DNA of 64,000 nt, taken from a bacterium (lineage in GTDB: Bacteria; UBA8248). The stretch is taken from the NCBI GenBank assembly GCA_965200245.1, contig CBDATS010000015.1, positions 256,001 to 320,000 of the forward strand. The letters are read 5' to 3'. The notes under the pieces are model-generated. The model made no database searches and had not been told where the DNA came from. It saw nothing but the letters and a program-made list of their open reading frames with translations. The position numbers and the translations under genes were made by a program. Below, piece after piece: positions 41,221-52,153 of this stretch; positions within the stretch are counted from its first letter, which is position 1; every line of letters begins with the position of its first letter.

Positions 41221-44046
41221 CTATTTTCGGCCGCAGCAAAACTTGTATTTTTTGCCGCTGCCGCAAGGACACGGTTCATTTCGGCCAACCTTGGGTGTGG
41301 TACGTTTTACGGGTGTAGAGGTTTGTATAGCTTCTCCAGCAGGATCATCTCCGAACCCGGGTGTGTCCGCATGTGAAAACACCATCTCTTGCTCTTTGCG
41401 TGATTCTTCCAAGGCCACATCTTCGTCCGAGATATCAAGCCGATACATATATAGAACCGTATCGGCTTCGATTCTTTCCGTCATTGTTCCGAACATATCG
41501 AAAGCTTCTTTTTTGTATACGTTCAAGGGGTTCACCTGAGCATAACCCCTCAGGCCGATTCCCTCTTTGAGTTGTTCGATATTGGTCAGGTGGTCCTTCC
41601 ATTGTGTATCCAGGATCTGGATATAGATGAGTTTTGAAAGTTCCAGGACGGTTTCGGGATCAAAACCATTGTATTTTTCATCAAATACAGTTTCAACGAG
41701 ATTGTGAGTTCGCTCAATCAGGTCTTCTCTTGCTTCCTCTTCGACATCCAGCACCACGGGGACTGATGTAGAAAAAAAGAGTCTTGTCCCCTCTACTGTC
41801 GTCTGGATGCCATATTGGTTCTCAAGTGCACCGGCAAAAGTCTCTAAATCCCAATCTTCAAAATGCTCCGATTCCGACAAATGCAGATCAATGAAAGAAT
41901 CAAGAATAACCCTGGAGAACTCTTTGATCTGGGCGAGCACATCTGAACCTTCCAGAATTTCCCGACGCATCGAATAGATAACTTCGCGTTGTTTATTCAT
42001 CACGTCATCATATTCAAGAAGGTGCTTTCGCATCTCAAAATGATGTGCTTCTACTCGTTTTTGAGCGTTTTCGATGGAACGCGTCACCATCTTTGCCTCA
42101 ATAGGCACCCCTTCTTCCATCCCCAGCTTCTCCATCAAGCCCTTGATTCTTTCCGAACCGAAAATGCGCAACAGGTCGTCTTCCAGCGAAAGGAAGAAAC
42201 GTGAACTTCCGGGGTCACCTTGCCTGCCCGAGCGGCCGCGAAGCTGGTTGTCGATGCGGCGACTTTCATGTCGCTCTGTACCCACAACGTGGAGCCCTCC
42301 CAACTCCACCACCTCATCGTGTTCCAACTGACATGAAATCTGAAATTCCTTCAACGCCTCTTCGTATTCGGGTCCTTCATTGGTTTTCGCCTTGGATATG
42401 GCAAGAAACTCGGGATTTCCACCAAGGAGGATGTCCGTTCCCCGTCCGGCCATATTCGTTGAGATGGTAACCGCCCCTTTGCGCCCCGCCTGGGCAATGA
42501 TTTCTGCTTCCCTAGTGTGGTTTTTCGCGTTGAGTACATGATGCGGGACACGTCGTTTCTTGAGAATTGAAGCGAGCCTTTCACTCTTCTCTATATTCAC
42601 CGTACCGACCAATACCGGTCTCCCAGTTTCGTGACTGTTCGTTATTTCCTCCACAACGGCGCCAAGCTTTTCGCGCTCCGTACGATACACGACATCAGGG
42701 TATTCTGTTCGAATCAACTCGCGATTCGTAGGTACGATGGCCACATCAATATTGTAAGTAGAGTTGAATTCCGCCGCTTCTGTATCCGCCGTACCAGTCA
42801 TGCCAGCTAATTTCTTGTAAAGTCTGAAATAATTTTGAAAGGTAATGGTCGCCAAGGTCACATTCTCTTCCTGTATCTTAACGCTCTCCTTTGCCTCGAG
42901 CGCTTGGTGAAGACCATCACTGAAACGACGGCCCGGCATCAGCCGTCCGGTAAATTCATCTACGAGCACAACTTCATTGTCCTTTACGACATAATCGACA
43001 TCCTTTGTAAACATGACATGTGCCTTGAGGGCTTGCTCTACATGATGCAGGACCGTAATACTGCTCATATCGTATAAACCCTGGTTATTGGCGATAATGC
43101 CATTGCGCCGAAGAAGATTCTCGGCTTCATGTCCACCTATTTCCTTTAAATTTACGGTCCGGCTTTTTTCATCGACGATGAGATATTGATATTTTTTCTT
43201 GCTGACGATGTCCTTGCCACCCTCGATGTATCCATTGTCTTCTGCCAATTCTGCCTCATCTTCTTCAACTGTCCCTTGTTGCTCTTTGAGCAGAGGACGG
43301 ATTACACGATTGATGACGCCGTACATTCGAGTGGCTTCATCCGCCGGCCCACTAATGATGAGGGGAGTTCTGGCTTCATCGATGAGAATGCTGTCCACTT
43401 CGTCGACAATAGCGTAGTTCAATTCTCGCATCACGCAACTGCCGGACTCGAATTTCATGTTGTCTCTCAAATAATCGAATCCGAACTCGTTATTGGTGCC
43501 GTACGTGATGTCGCATGCGTAGGCTTGGCGACGCGCATCGTCATCCATGCCATGTTGTATACATCCGACTGTGAGACCAACGGATCGAAAAAGTCGCCCC
43601 ATCCATTCGGAATCGCGTTTTGCGAGATAGTCGTTCACAGTAACGATATGGACACCTTTGCCTTCCAAAGCATTTAAATATGCGGCAAGAGTTGCAACGA
43701 GGGTTTTGCCTTCCCCGGTTTTCATCTCAGCAATTTTCCCGTCGTGTAGAATCATACCCCCGATAAGTTGGACGTCGAAATGACGCATATTGAGATAGCG
43801 CCAACCTGCTTCCCGTACCACGGCAAAGGCTTCCGGCAGTATGTCATTCAAGGTTTCACCAACGGCAAGACGCTCCTTGAAACGTTGCGTTTCCTGTCGC
43901 ATTTGCTCGTTGGTCATCCCCTGAACGCGGGGTTCGTGAGAATTAATCTCCTTGATTGTCGGGCTCATTTTTTTGAGCATGCGATCATTCGCCGTCCCGA
44001 ATACAGACTTGAACATGGATATGCCTGATTCAAAAACAGATACCAT
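41221..44046 (-). CDS. secA: Preprotein translocase ATPase SecA
   Basis: [49 protein letters not shown]-terminal [13 protein letters not shown]. Confidence 0.98.
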   Translation of the reverse strand: MVSVFESGISMFKSVFGTANDRMLKKMSPTIKEINSHEPRVQGMTNEQMRQETQRFKERLAVGETLNDILPEAFAVVREAGWRYLNMRHFDVQLIGGMILHDGKIAEMKTGEGKTLVATLAAYLNALEGKGVHIVTVNDYLAKRDSEWMGRLFRSVGLTVGCIQHGMDDDARRQAYACDITYGTNNEFGFDYLRDNMKFESGSCVMRELNYAIVDEVDSILIDEARTPLIISGPADEATRMYGVINRVIRPLLKEQQGTVEEDEAELAEDNGYIEGGKDIVSKKKYQYLIVDEKSRTVNLKEIGGHEAENLLRRNGIIANNQGLYDMSSITVLHHVEQALKAHVMFTKDVDYVVKDNEVVLVDEFTGRLMPGRRFSDGLHQALEAKESVKIQEENVTLATITFQNYFRLYKKLAGMTGTADTEAAEFNSTYNIDVAIVPTNRELIRTEYPDVVYRTEREKLGAVVEEITNSHETGRPVLVGTVNIEKSERLASILKKRRVPHHVLNAKNHTREAEIIAQAGRKGAVTISTNMAGRGTDILLGGNPEFLAISKAKTNEGPEYEEALKEFQISCQLEHDEVVELGGLHVVGTERHESRRIDNQLRGRSGRQGDPGSSRFFLSLEDDLLRIFGSERIKGLMEKLGMEEGVPIEAKMVTRSIENAQKRVEAHHFEMRKHLLEYDDVMNKQREVIYSMRREILEGSDVLAQIKEFSRVILDSFIDLHLSESEHFEDWDLETFAGALENQYGIQTTVEGTRLFFSTSVPVVLDVEEEAREDLIERTHNLVETVFDEKYNGFDPETVLELSKLIYIQILDTQWKDHLTNIEQLKEGIGLRGYAQVNPLNVYKKEAFDMFGTMTERIEADTVLYMYRLDISDEDVALEESRKEQEMVFSHADTPGFGDDPAGEAIQTSTPVKRTTPKVGRNEPCPCGSGKKYKFCCGRK

Positions 44047-44163
44047 TATTCCTCGCTCCATGGGGTTAATACGTATGAATCCCACATGCAAATACAACCA
44101 TAGGTTACCATGGTGTTTCAGGTTGAAAAAGAGGAATCCTCAGGCGGGATGGCGGTGATTAGC

Positions 44164-45069
44164 TTATTCTATGATATAAAGTCTAGGGTTGACTGCAACT
44201 CCATTTAATCGGACTTCATAATGAAGATGCGGTCCGGTGGATCTCCCTGTGGAGCCGACTTTCGCAATAATATCACCTCTTTTTACACGTTGCCCAACTT
44301 TAACCAAATTCACACTGTTATGTGCAAATCTGGTAACAATTCCCTGCATGTGCTGGATTTCAAGAGTCTTTCCAAATCCCCCGATTGTCTTTGTACTAAT
44401 AACGATGCCATCTGCGGGAGCGAAAATAGGGGTTCCCTCACGGGCAACTACATCAATGCCCGCATGAAATTCTCTCCGATTCGTAAACGGGGAGCGTCGA
44501 TAGCCGAAGCTGGATGAGAGCCAACCCTTTACAGGCCAAATAGAGGGGGTATGCGCAAGCAAGACGCTTCTATCACGAAATACTCTTATCAGGTCTTTGA
44601 ACGCGCTTTCTCGTTCCGCGGCGCGTTTTTCAATATCCTGGAATTGTCGATTCAATCTCCGAATGAATCTCTGCTCGGACGGTGCAAGTTTCTCCAAATC
44701 GCCGGGTAGTACGTCTTCAGAAACACCTCCTATCCCTAAATCGTCTTTGGGTTTGCCTGGCTTGAGCGAGGCCATTATTCGCAACTGGTCTTCCAATTGT
44801 TCGAGTTGTATCAAATTGGTATCGAGGGTCTGGAGCTTGGACGTGAATTTTTCAAGAAGTTCCTTTTGTGTTTGATTTTTTTGTACCAAGGGGGAGAGTT
44901 TGTCCAAGTTTTTCGCGAATTGGATTCTCTCTTGTGCAAGGTAAAGTGTTATACCAAAAAGAAAACAAATCCCACACAGGAAGAGGCATAGCATGCCCCT
45001 CGTGACACTAAAACGACAGGTATGGCCAGAGTTGCTTGGGATCACCATAATGGTGTACTGCTTGGCCAT
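44164..45069 (-). CDS. M23 metallopeptidase with N-terminal TM and coiled coil
   Basis: PSIWPV, FHAGID, FAHN, GRSTGPHLHYEV; located upstream of secA. Confidence 0.9.
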   Translation of the reverse strand: MAKQYTIMVIPSNSGHTCRFSVTRGMLCLFLCGICFLFGITLYLAQERIQFAKNLDKLSPLVQKNQTQKELLEKFTSKLQTLDTNLIQLEQLEDQLRIMASLKPGKPKDDLGIGGVSEDVLPGDLEKLAPSEQRFIRRLNRQFQDIEKRAAERESAFKDLIRVFRDRSVLLAHTPSIWPVKGWLSSSFGYRRSPFTNRREFHAGIDVVAREGTPIFAPADGIVISTKTIGGFGKTLEIQHMQGIVTRFAHNSVNLVKVGQRVKRGDIIAKVGSTGRSTGPHLHYEVRLNGVAVNPRLYIIE

Positions 45070-45225
45070 GAGGTACACCTCCGAGCAGTTAGCAACTTCC
45101 CCAAATGTGTTTCATAAGAAGTCAAATCTTTTTGAGAATATTGTTTTATAATTTTCAGCTTACCAAAGCTCAGGGTGCGAATCAAACAAGCACTTAAACA
45201 AGGAGGGGAGCAGCCCAATCCAACT

Positions 45226-46056
45226 TCAGCGCATTACAGCTCCTGAGTCTACCAGAAGAGCTTGACCAGTTATGGTTTTCGCATCGTCGCTCGCCAGAAA
45301 CGCAACTGCCCTCCCAATATCTTCGACTGATTGTTCAACCCCCATAGGCGTTTGTTCCACAAAATGCTCAAAGATTTCTCTTGCCGCCTTGTCACTAAAG
45401 TCAACAAATTTTTTTCTGAACTGAATGGCCAGTTGCTCCCACATTGCGCTCCAAATCAGACCCGGGCAAACGGCGTTGACAGTGATGCCTTTTCGAGCCA
45501 CTTCACGCGCGAGCGCTTGTGTGAAAATGATGACCGCCGCTTTGCTCGCGCTGTAATGAGGTATGGTTTCACGACCATCACGTCCGGCTCGCGAGGAAAT
45601 ATTGATGATACGTCCCCAGCCCTTGCCTTTCATCTTTTCGAGCGATGCCTGGCAAAGCAAAAAAACACCTTTTACGTTGACATTGTAGGTGGCATCCCAA
45701 TCGTCTTCATTGATATCGGATAATGGCATCCCGAGCCTGAAATCAGCCCCGCCAATAACGCCTGCATTGTTGACCACGATATCCAAGCCACCAAATTCCT
45801 TTACAATTGCATCAACAACACTCACGCACTGATTTTTGTTGGTCACATCGAGAATATATGAGATGGAGGTGACGTCGAACTCTTCCAGATCGTTCACCGT
45901 AGATTCTGCGCCGCAATATGAAATATCGGCCAGAGCGAGATGGACACCTTCTTCGGCCAGGCAATGAGCGATGCCGCACCCAATTCTGCCTCCAGCACCT
46001 GTAACAAGTGCCACCTTGCCTTTCAGCCCCCGATCCCTAGGCAGTGGGGAAGACAT
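45226..46056 (-). CDS. SDR oxidoreductase
   Basis: TGAGGRIG, NNAG, SS, YSASK, NAVCPG. Confidence 0.92.
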   Translation of the reverse strand: MSSPLPRDRGLKGKVALVTGAGGRIGCGIAHCLAEEGVHLALADISYCGAESTVNDLEEFDVTSISYILDVTNKNQCVSVVDAIVKEFGGLDIVVNNAGVIGGADFRLGMPLSDINEDDWDATYNVNVKGVFLLCQASLEKMKGKGWGRIINISSRAGRDGRETIPHYSASKAAVIIFTQALAREVARKGITVNAVCPGLIWSAMWEQLAIQFRKKFVDFSDKAAREIFEHFVEQTPMGVEQSVEDIGRAVAFLASDDAKTITGQALLVDSGAVMR

Positions 46057-46059
46057 AGC

Positions 46060-46455
46060 TTATTTCCCATATCCGGTCATGGCACCTCCCGAATCGAGCC
46101 AATCCTCAAACACCAGAAGGCTTTCCAGTACCGCAGGAACACCGCTGTACGGAGACATCTGAAAAATTACTTCCATGATTTCCCTGTCCGTCGCTCCATA
46201 ACTTCTGGCTGCAGTGAAATGAGAGCGCATTTGGTTGAACCGGCCACTAACGCACAGTGCTGCCAGCGCGCAAAGCTCTCTCGTCTTGTGCGGCAGGACA
46301 TCACGGTCGTAGAGGCCACCATGAACGAATCGCTGGAACAGCATAGAGAAGTCAGGGTCAAGCTTGTTCAAACGGCCAAACAGTTTTTCGGTGTAGCCTT
46401 CTCCATATTGCGTATCTCCACGCCGAATGGCCGGTGGATAGAAGTCCTCGCTCAT
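46060..46455 (-). CDS. Carboxymuconolactone decarboxylase family protein
   Basis: GGLYDR..L..KTREL, H..AA...GAT..EI.EV, YSGVP; no CxxC. Confidence 0.85.
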   Translation of the reverse strand: MSEDFYPPAIRRGDTQYGEGYTEKLFGRLNKLDPDFSMLFQRFVHGGLYDRDVLPHKTRELCALAALCVSGRFNQMRSHFTAARSYGATDREIMEVIFQMSPYSGVPAVLESLLVFEDWLDSGGAMTGYGK

Positions 46456-46486
46456 GCATTTTCTCCTGGGTTTGCTCGCAAATTAA

Positions 46487-47419
46487 CTAATTTGCATCGA
46501 CGATTACGTTTCGCAGACGCCCCAATCCGCCTACTTCCACTTCCACCACGTCACCGGGGACAAGGAAAGAGGGTGTTTCCCGCGCGTAGCCTACGCCCGA
46601 GGGAGTGCCCGTCAAAAAGATATCGCCAGGTTCCAGCGTAAATCCCTCGGAAAGTACCGAAATCATGGATGGAATATCATGAATCATCATGTTCGTATTC
46701 GAATTCTGGCGACCTTCGCCATTAACCCAACTCTTGATGGGTTGGTTCATCGGATCACCATAGTCTTCCCTGGGAACGATATATGGACCGAGCGGACAGG
46801 TCCCATCAAGAGTTTTGCCTTTGAATATCTGCTTGTGTCGCCGTTGGATATCTCTCGCAGAGATATCGTTTGCGCAACAGTAACCGAACACGTGGTCATA
46901 GACTTCATCTTTTGGAATGTTTTTCCCTCGCCTGCCAATTATAACGGCAATTTCGGCTTCATAGTCGAGTTTTTCCGTGACTCGATGCGCCGGAATTCCC
47001 TCATTGTGGCCGATAAGAGTGCTTTGCGCTTTTGTAAAGAAGATGGGGTGGTCGAGTTCGACCTTGGTCGTTTGCACGTCTTTTGCCTGAAGACCTTCGT
47101 TTACGTGATCCTGGTAGTTGAGCCCCATGCAAAGAACATGTTTGGATGGATGAGGAATTGGGGGCATGTGATGTACGTCTTTGGGTGCCATGAGAATGGG
47201 GACCAAATCACCTGCATTCTCTTCCGCCTGCACAATTAAATCGTGTAGCGAAGTACCATGCTCATCCCAGGCTTTGATAAGTTCAATCATTGTGCCGAAT
47301 GCAAGTTTTTTTTGACCGAAAATTCCGGCCAGACGTGCCAGGTGAGCGATTCTATCACCTACGTACACACCAACTCTTTCAAGACCTCTGTAATTATATG
47401 ACAACAGTTTCATTCGCAT
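46487..47419 (-). CDS. Fumarylacetoacetate hydrolase family protein
   Basis: CMGLNYQDH, FFTK, LDYEAE, NDISARD, GK..D, TGTPSGVG. Confidence 0.92.
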   Translation of the reverse strand: MRMKLLSYNYRGLERVGVYVGDRIAHLARLAGIFGQKKLAFGTMIELIKAWDEHGTSLHDLIVQAEENAGDLVPILMAPKDVHHMPPIPHPSKHVLCMGLNYQDHVNEGLQAKDVQTTKVELDHPIFFTKAQSTLIGHNEGIPAHRVTEKLDYEAEIAVIIGRRGKNIPKDEVYDHVFGYCCANDISARDIQRRHKQIFKGKTLDGTCPLGPYIVPREDYGDPMNQPIKSWVNGEGRQNSNTNMMIHDIPSMISVLSEGFTLEPGDIFLTGTPSGVGYARETPSFLVPGDVVEVEVGGLGRLRNVIVDAN

Positions 47420-47447
47420 CTCCTAGCAAGAAATGACTCTTGAAAAT

Positions 47448-48536
47448 TCAGGAAACCTTGTAACGTGCAATCGCATCCGGGGTGAATTCCACGCCATGTC
47501 CGGGCACGTCAGGCACATCGATACACCCGTCACGCACCTGAAAATCCTGTGTGAAATCATCTGGGGAGAAGAATTCCATGTATTCGACCATATAGCCTCT
47601 CGGTGTTGCTCCTACCAGACTTGCCGACAATTCATGGGCCAAATGACTGCTCAGGGAAATGTTGAAGGCATCAGCCAGGTGCGCGATCTTGATGAACTCC
47701 GTCACCCCGCCGCAACGACAGACATCCGGCTGCAGAAACCCTACTGCCCGGCGCTCACATATCTCCCGGAATCCCCAGCGCATGTAGGCATTCTCGCCCG
47801 CTGCTGCGGGGACCATGCTTTTCTCGGCCACTTCCGCAAGATCATCCACACAATCGGCCAATACCGGTTCCTCGAACCAGGCGACGCCGTATTCCGCAAG
47901 CATGGATGATACTTCCACTGCCTCGCGCACGTTGTAATTCTGGTTCGCATCGCAAAACAGGATGAAACCCTCACCCATGTGTTTCCTCAGGTATTCGAGG
48001 CGTTCCCGATCCCGTGCTGTGCCGATTTTCAGCTTGTAACCGCTCATGCCGAGCGAGGCGGCTTCCTGGGCTTCTTCCAGCAACTCGGAGTCAGGAAGCG
48101 TATGCCAGCCCCCGCTACCGTAAACCGGCATTTTTTGGCGAAACCCGCCCAGCAGACGATTCAACGGCAGGCCTGCGACTTTCGCCACGACGTCCCAACA
48201 GGCAATATCGACCGCAGAGAGGGAATATAAGCCCAATCCGCCGCGCATTCTCGCCTTGTTCGGTGCCCACATGCGATTCCAAAGGGCCTCAGGTGCCAAG
48301 GCGTCTTGGCCGATCACCAATGGGGCCAATTCCTTCTTGATATATGGCAGCATGGCAACACCGCCCTCGCCCCCCAGGCCCATCGTAAAACCGGTGCCGC
48401 TCGGCCCATCTTCTGTGTGAAGATGCACCGCGACGACATCAAGGTGCTCGTACACGCCAAGTGAACTCTGAAATGTTTTCTTGAGGGGCACTTTCAGTGG
48501 AGTCACTTCGAGGGAACGTATGGTTAATTTCGACAT
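47448..48536 (-). CDS. Mandelate racemase-subgroup enolase (probable acid-sugar dehydratase)
   Basis: SAVDIACWD, YKLKIG, DAN, EEP, GEN, QPD..RCGG, SSH. Confidence 0.9.
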   Translation of the reverse strand: MSKLTIRSLEVTPLKVPLKKTFQSSLGVYEHLDVVAVHLHTEDGPSGTGFTMGLGGEGGVAMLPYIKKELAPLVIGQDALAPEALWNRMWAPNKARMRGGLGLYSLSAVDIACWDVVAKVAGLPLNRLLGGFRQKMPVYGSGGWHTLPDSELLEEAQEAASLGMSGYKLKIGTARDRERLEYLRKHMGEGFILFCDANQNYNVREAVEVSSMLAEYGVAWFEEPVLADCVDDLAEVAEKSMVPAAAGENAYMRWGFREICERRAVGFLQPDVCRCGGVTEFIKIAHLADAFNISLSSHLAHELSASLVGATPRGYMVEYMEFFSPDDFTQDFQVRDGCIDVPDVPGHGVEFTPDAIARYKVS

Positions 48537-48547
48537 TTTGGAACCGC

Positions 48548-49723
48548 CTATAAATACTCCATGGAACGAATACGCATGACCTGGTTCGTTCCATCAGAAT
48601 GTAGAAAACTGGTCACGTCTCTCAAGTATTTCTCCATCGGCGCATCCGTCATATAACCGGTACCACCCCAGACCTCCAACGCGCGCGTGGCGATCCGATA
48701 TGCAGATTCGGATACGAAGCACTTGGTCATGAAACCCAGTTTGGGATCATAGAGATCCTCTTGACCCGCCGTCCAAGCGGCATGGTGCAATAGCCGCCTG
48801 CTCGCTTCGTAATCGGCGAAACAATCCGCCAGCATGAAGCCGATCGCTTGATGCTCAATTATCGGTCTGCCTCCCTGGATGCGGTTTTTCGCATGTGCCA
48901 GTGCATCTTCATAAGCCGCCCTAGCGGTGCCGAGAACGGTGGCAGCGGCTTCTATGTTCGAACCCGGAACGAACATACGGCGCGCCTCCATGGCACGGTT
49001 TACTGCCGAGACGCGGTTTTCATCCGGTATTCTGCAATTCTCGAAAATCAGTTCCGCGTTCAGGGAGAGTCGCTGCCCCAATTTGTCATGAATCTTTCCG
49101 TATCGAAATCCTTCCATATCCGGCGTGACGACAAAGTAAGTCATTCCCTGGGATACGCCTTTTGTCAGATCCGTCCGCATGGCAACGATGCACAACTTGG
49201 CGATGCCGCCGTTGCTGATATATCGCTTCTTCCCGTTCGCAATCCAGCCATCGCCATCGCGTACGGCTGTCGTTCTTACCCCGGCGTCCGGGCTGTCATA
49301 GGGAATGATGTTGTCCGATCCGCCGGTTTCTTCCGTCATTCCGACGGCTAGATGGAAATGGTGATCTTCCAGAAAAGATTTCAGATAACGCTCTTTTTGC
49401 TCCTCGTTCGTCAGGTTCTCGAACAGATGAGATATCTTCCATGTCTGATCGAAGGTGACGGCTGTACCCAGATCGCCCCACGCGAGTTCCTCTCCCACGA
49501 GGCAAAGCGTGAGAACGTCGCAACCCCCGCCTCCCAATTCCCTGGAAAGCGCGAGAGTCCTCAAACCAAGCCTGCTTCCCTTCTCCAGCACGTCCCAGGG
49601 AAATCGCTTTATTGGGTCGGGTTCTTTGTCGAGTTCCGCCGCGACAGGGCGTATTTCCTGCGCGGCGAACGTATGTGCCGTTTTCTGGAGGTGCTCCAGC
49701 TCGGGAGTGAGTGTGAAGTCCAT
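48548..49723 (-). CDS. Acyl-CoA dehydrogenase family protein
   Basis: MTEETGGSD, NGKKRYISNG, KLGQR, R.QGGRPI.EHQ, WGGTGY, DGTNQV. Confidence 0.9.
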   Translation of the reverse strand: MDFTLTPELEHLQKTAHTFAAQEIRPVAAELDKEPDPIKRFPWDVLEKGSRLGLRTLALSRELGGGGCDVLTLCLVGEELAWGDLGTAVTFDQTWKISHLFENLTNEEQKERYLKSFLEDHHFHLAVGMTEETGGSDNIIPYDSPDAGVRTTAVRDGDGWIANGKKRYISNGGIAKLCIVAMRTDLTKGVSQGMTYFVVTPDMEGFRYGKIHDKLGQRLSLNAELIFENCRIPDENRVSAVNRAMEARRMFVPGSNIEAAATVLGTARAAYEDALAHAKNRIQGGRPIIEHQAIGFMLADCFADYEASRRLLHHAAWTAGQEDLYDPKLGFMTKCFVSESAYRIATRALEVWGGTGYMTDAPMEKYLRDVTSFLHSDGTNQVMRIRSMEYL

Positions 49724-50218
49724 GTTCGTCCTCTGTATTGGAGACCGTACCACAACCGCAGATGGCTCTGATGTACGGGGTCAAAGCTGAATCATGATAA
49801 ACGTGTACCTGATAGTATCCCCTTGCACCTGCTGGCGCAATCTGGAACAAGGCCTGAGATTCACCAGGATGAGCGCTCCTGGACACGGGGAGCGGATGCC
49901 TTGAGTATTATCAAACCGGCGCATCAAGGGAATGATTTGCCAAAAACAGCAGGTCCCAATAAGGTTCTTTGAACGGGATGCGCCAGTGATTGAGTGTCCA
50001 ACAGGGGATAGGGTGGTAGCAGTTCTGGTCATCGACCCGATGCAAAGACCAAGGCCAGGCGGGTGCGGATTGTCGTCTGTACCGTTCATGCGAAACGGAA
50101 TCGAGCGTAACTGAAGAGTCTGGACAAACCATAGAGAACGCTCTCGGAGTCATGGTAATGACGTGGTGAGCACAGTGGATATTCCTGCCCGTACCACTTG
50201 AACGCAAGGAGACACAAA

Positions 50219-51178
50219 ATGAAAGCTCTGACAGCTATCAGGATCGCAGCAATCGCGATCACCGTAATCCTGGCCGCCTCGCAAGCGCCCGCCGACACGA
50301 TTACCCGCACTGTGACCTTCAAAAACGAGGGTGCGACTCTGTCCGGCACACTTTATCTACCGACGGCGGTACCCGGCAAGCCCTTGCCTGTGGTGGTCGT
50401 GACCGGTGCCTGGACCAGCGTTCAAGAGCAGATGCCGCGGGTCTATGCCCGGGAGATGGTTGAGCGGGGCTTTGCCGCCTTCACCTTCGACTTCCGCGGC
50501 TGGGGCAAGTCCGGCGATCTGACCAACCAGGTCCGTTACAAGGAGGATCCGACCGCCAAAGTCTCGGACATACGCTCGGCGATCCGGTTCGTTTCGACCC
50601 TGCCCGAAGTCGATGCCACGCAGATCAACGGGCTCGGTATCTGCGCCTCCTCGGGCTATATGGTCGATGCCGCCTCAGGCAATCCGCTGGTCAACCGGGT
50701 TGGCTTGATAGCGCCCTGGCTTCAGAATGACAAGCTGGTCAAGGCCGTCTATGGCGGTGTCAAGGGTGTCGAGGGGCTGATCTCGCTGAGCCGCGCGGCC
50801 GAAGCCAAGGGAGGCGAGATTATTCTGGCGGCAGGTCCCGCAGGCGCCAAGGATGTATTGATGCCAATCGGCGGCTACTACTACGACCCCAAACGCGGCG
50901 CCATTCCCGAATACGACAACAAGTGGAATCTGATGTCCTGGGAAGGCTGGCTGACCTATCATCCAGCCGACAATCCCCAGCGCCTGGACAAGCCGCTGGC
51001 CGTCGTCCACTCCGAGGCGGCTGCAATCCCCGAGGGCGTCAAATCCTTCATCAAAGGGTTCACCGGCGAGGCAACGATGAAATGGCTTCAAGGCGTCACA
51101 CAATTCGACTTCTATGACAATCCCGAGGATGTCCGGCGCGCCGCCGATGTCGTCGCCGAGCACTTCAGCAAGCGCTGA
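50219..51178 (+). CDS. Secreted alpha/beta hydrolase
   Basis: Signal peptide; GAWTSVQEQM, FDFRGWGKS, GICASSGY, QFDFYD. Confidence 0.8.
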   Translation: MKALTAIRIAAIAITVILAASQAPADTITRTVTFKNEGATLSGTLYLPTAVPGKPLPVVVVTGAWTSVQEQMPRVYAREMVERGFAAFTFDFRGWGKSGDLTNQVRYKEDPTAKVSDIRSAIRFVSTLPEVDATQINGLGICASSGYMVDAASGNPLVNRVGLIAPWLQNDKLVKAVYGGVKGVEGLISLSRAAEAKGGEIILAAGPAGAKDVLMPIGGYYYDPKRGAIPEYDNKWNLMSWEGWLTYHPADNPQRLDKPLAVVHSEAAAIPEGVKSFIKGFTGEATMKWLQGVTQFDFYDNPEDVRRAADVVAEHFSKR

Positions 51179-51253
51179 GACCCGACAGCAGATGCAGCAG
51201 CGGCTTATCTGACGATGCATCCGCCAGCTCCGACCCGCAAGGGGACAGATATC

Positions 51254-51772
51254 ATGAAAAACCTTCTCGCACTGATACTCGTAGGCTCTCTGACGATGAC
51301 CACCATGGCTGCCGCCGAACATACACTCCATGTCCAGATAGTCGAAACGATCACCAACATCGCCGCCGGTGCGGACCGACATGACTGGGGTCGTGTCCGA
51401 TCGGCGATGTCCAACGTAATCACCACCGACTATACGAACCTTTTCGGAGGCAAGCCTGTGACTCAGCCGGCAGATGAACTGGTCAAGAGTTGGGTCGCTT
51501 TCCTGCCTGGGTTTGACAGCACCCATCACATGGTCACGAACTACACTGTGACCAGCGACAGTGCCGACACGGCAACCGCCGAGGCGGATTTTACGGCGAC
51601 ACATCGGATCGGTGACGCTCTCTGGGTTCTCGGTGGTCGCTATAGTTATCGACTCAGTAAATCCAACGCGAGTTGGACTGTCAACTCGATGACCATGCAT
51701 GCCCTTTGGGAGACTGGCGACCGCGCCGCCCTGGTCGGTCAGGCACTCAAACGCGTCGCCGCAAAGAAATAG
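51254..51772 (+). CDS. Secreted SnoaL-like/NTF2-fold protein
   Basis: Signal peptide; ADRHDW, DYT.LFGG, PGFDSTHH, GGRY. Confidence 0.8.
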   Translation: MKNLLALILVGSLTMTTMAAAEHTLHVQIVETITNIAAGADRHDWGRVRSAMSNVITTDYTNLFGGKPVTQPADELVKSWVAFLPGFDSTHHMVTNYTVTSDSADTATAEADFTATHRIGDALWVLGGRYSYRLSKSNASWTVNSMTMHALWETGDRAALVGQALKRVAAKK

Positions 51773-52153
51773 GCCAGATACGGCCTCGCCCGGGCGTCCG
51801 TGGCGCCACTTTCCACCCTCCACGATTTTCCTGTCGCGCAAGGTCTCAGGCGAAGCTTCTCCGATGACGGTGCCGTTCATGGAAGGGAGGAGATGAAGTC
51901 CTTGCCGCCACCGCCGCACCGAACTTGTCAACGGAGCATGACGCTGAATACGCCGAAGTTGCGCGGGATGGGCTGGCAGGAACGGGACGTGGCGCTCGGT
52001 GCGCTGGCCGGATTGATTCTGGAGGCCGTAGACATCCCCGCGAGGATTATGAATTTGTATTTTCCTATAAACAATGGGCAATTTCTGAACGTACATATGT
52101 GTGAGGCATATGTTCTGATCCCTGGAAACGCCCTCTTCTGACGGAACAATCCG

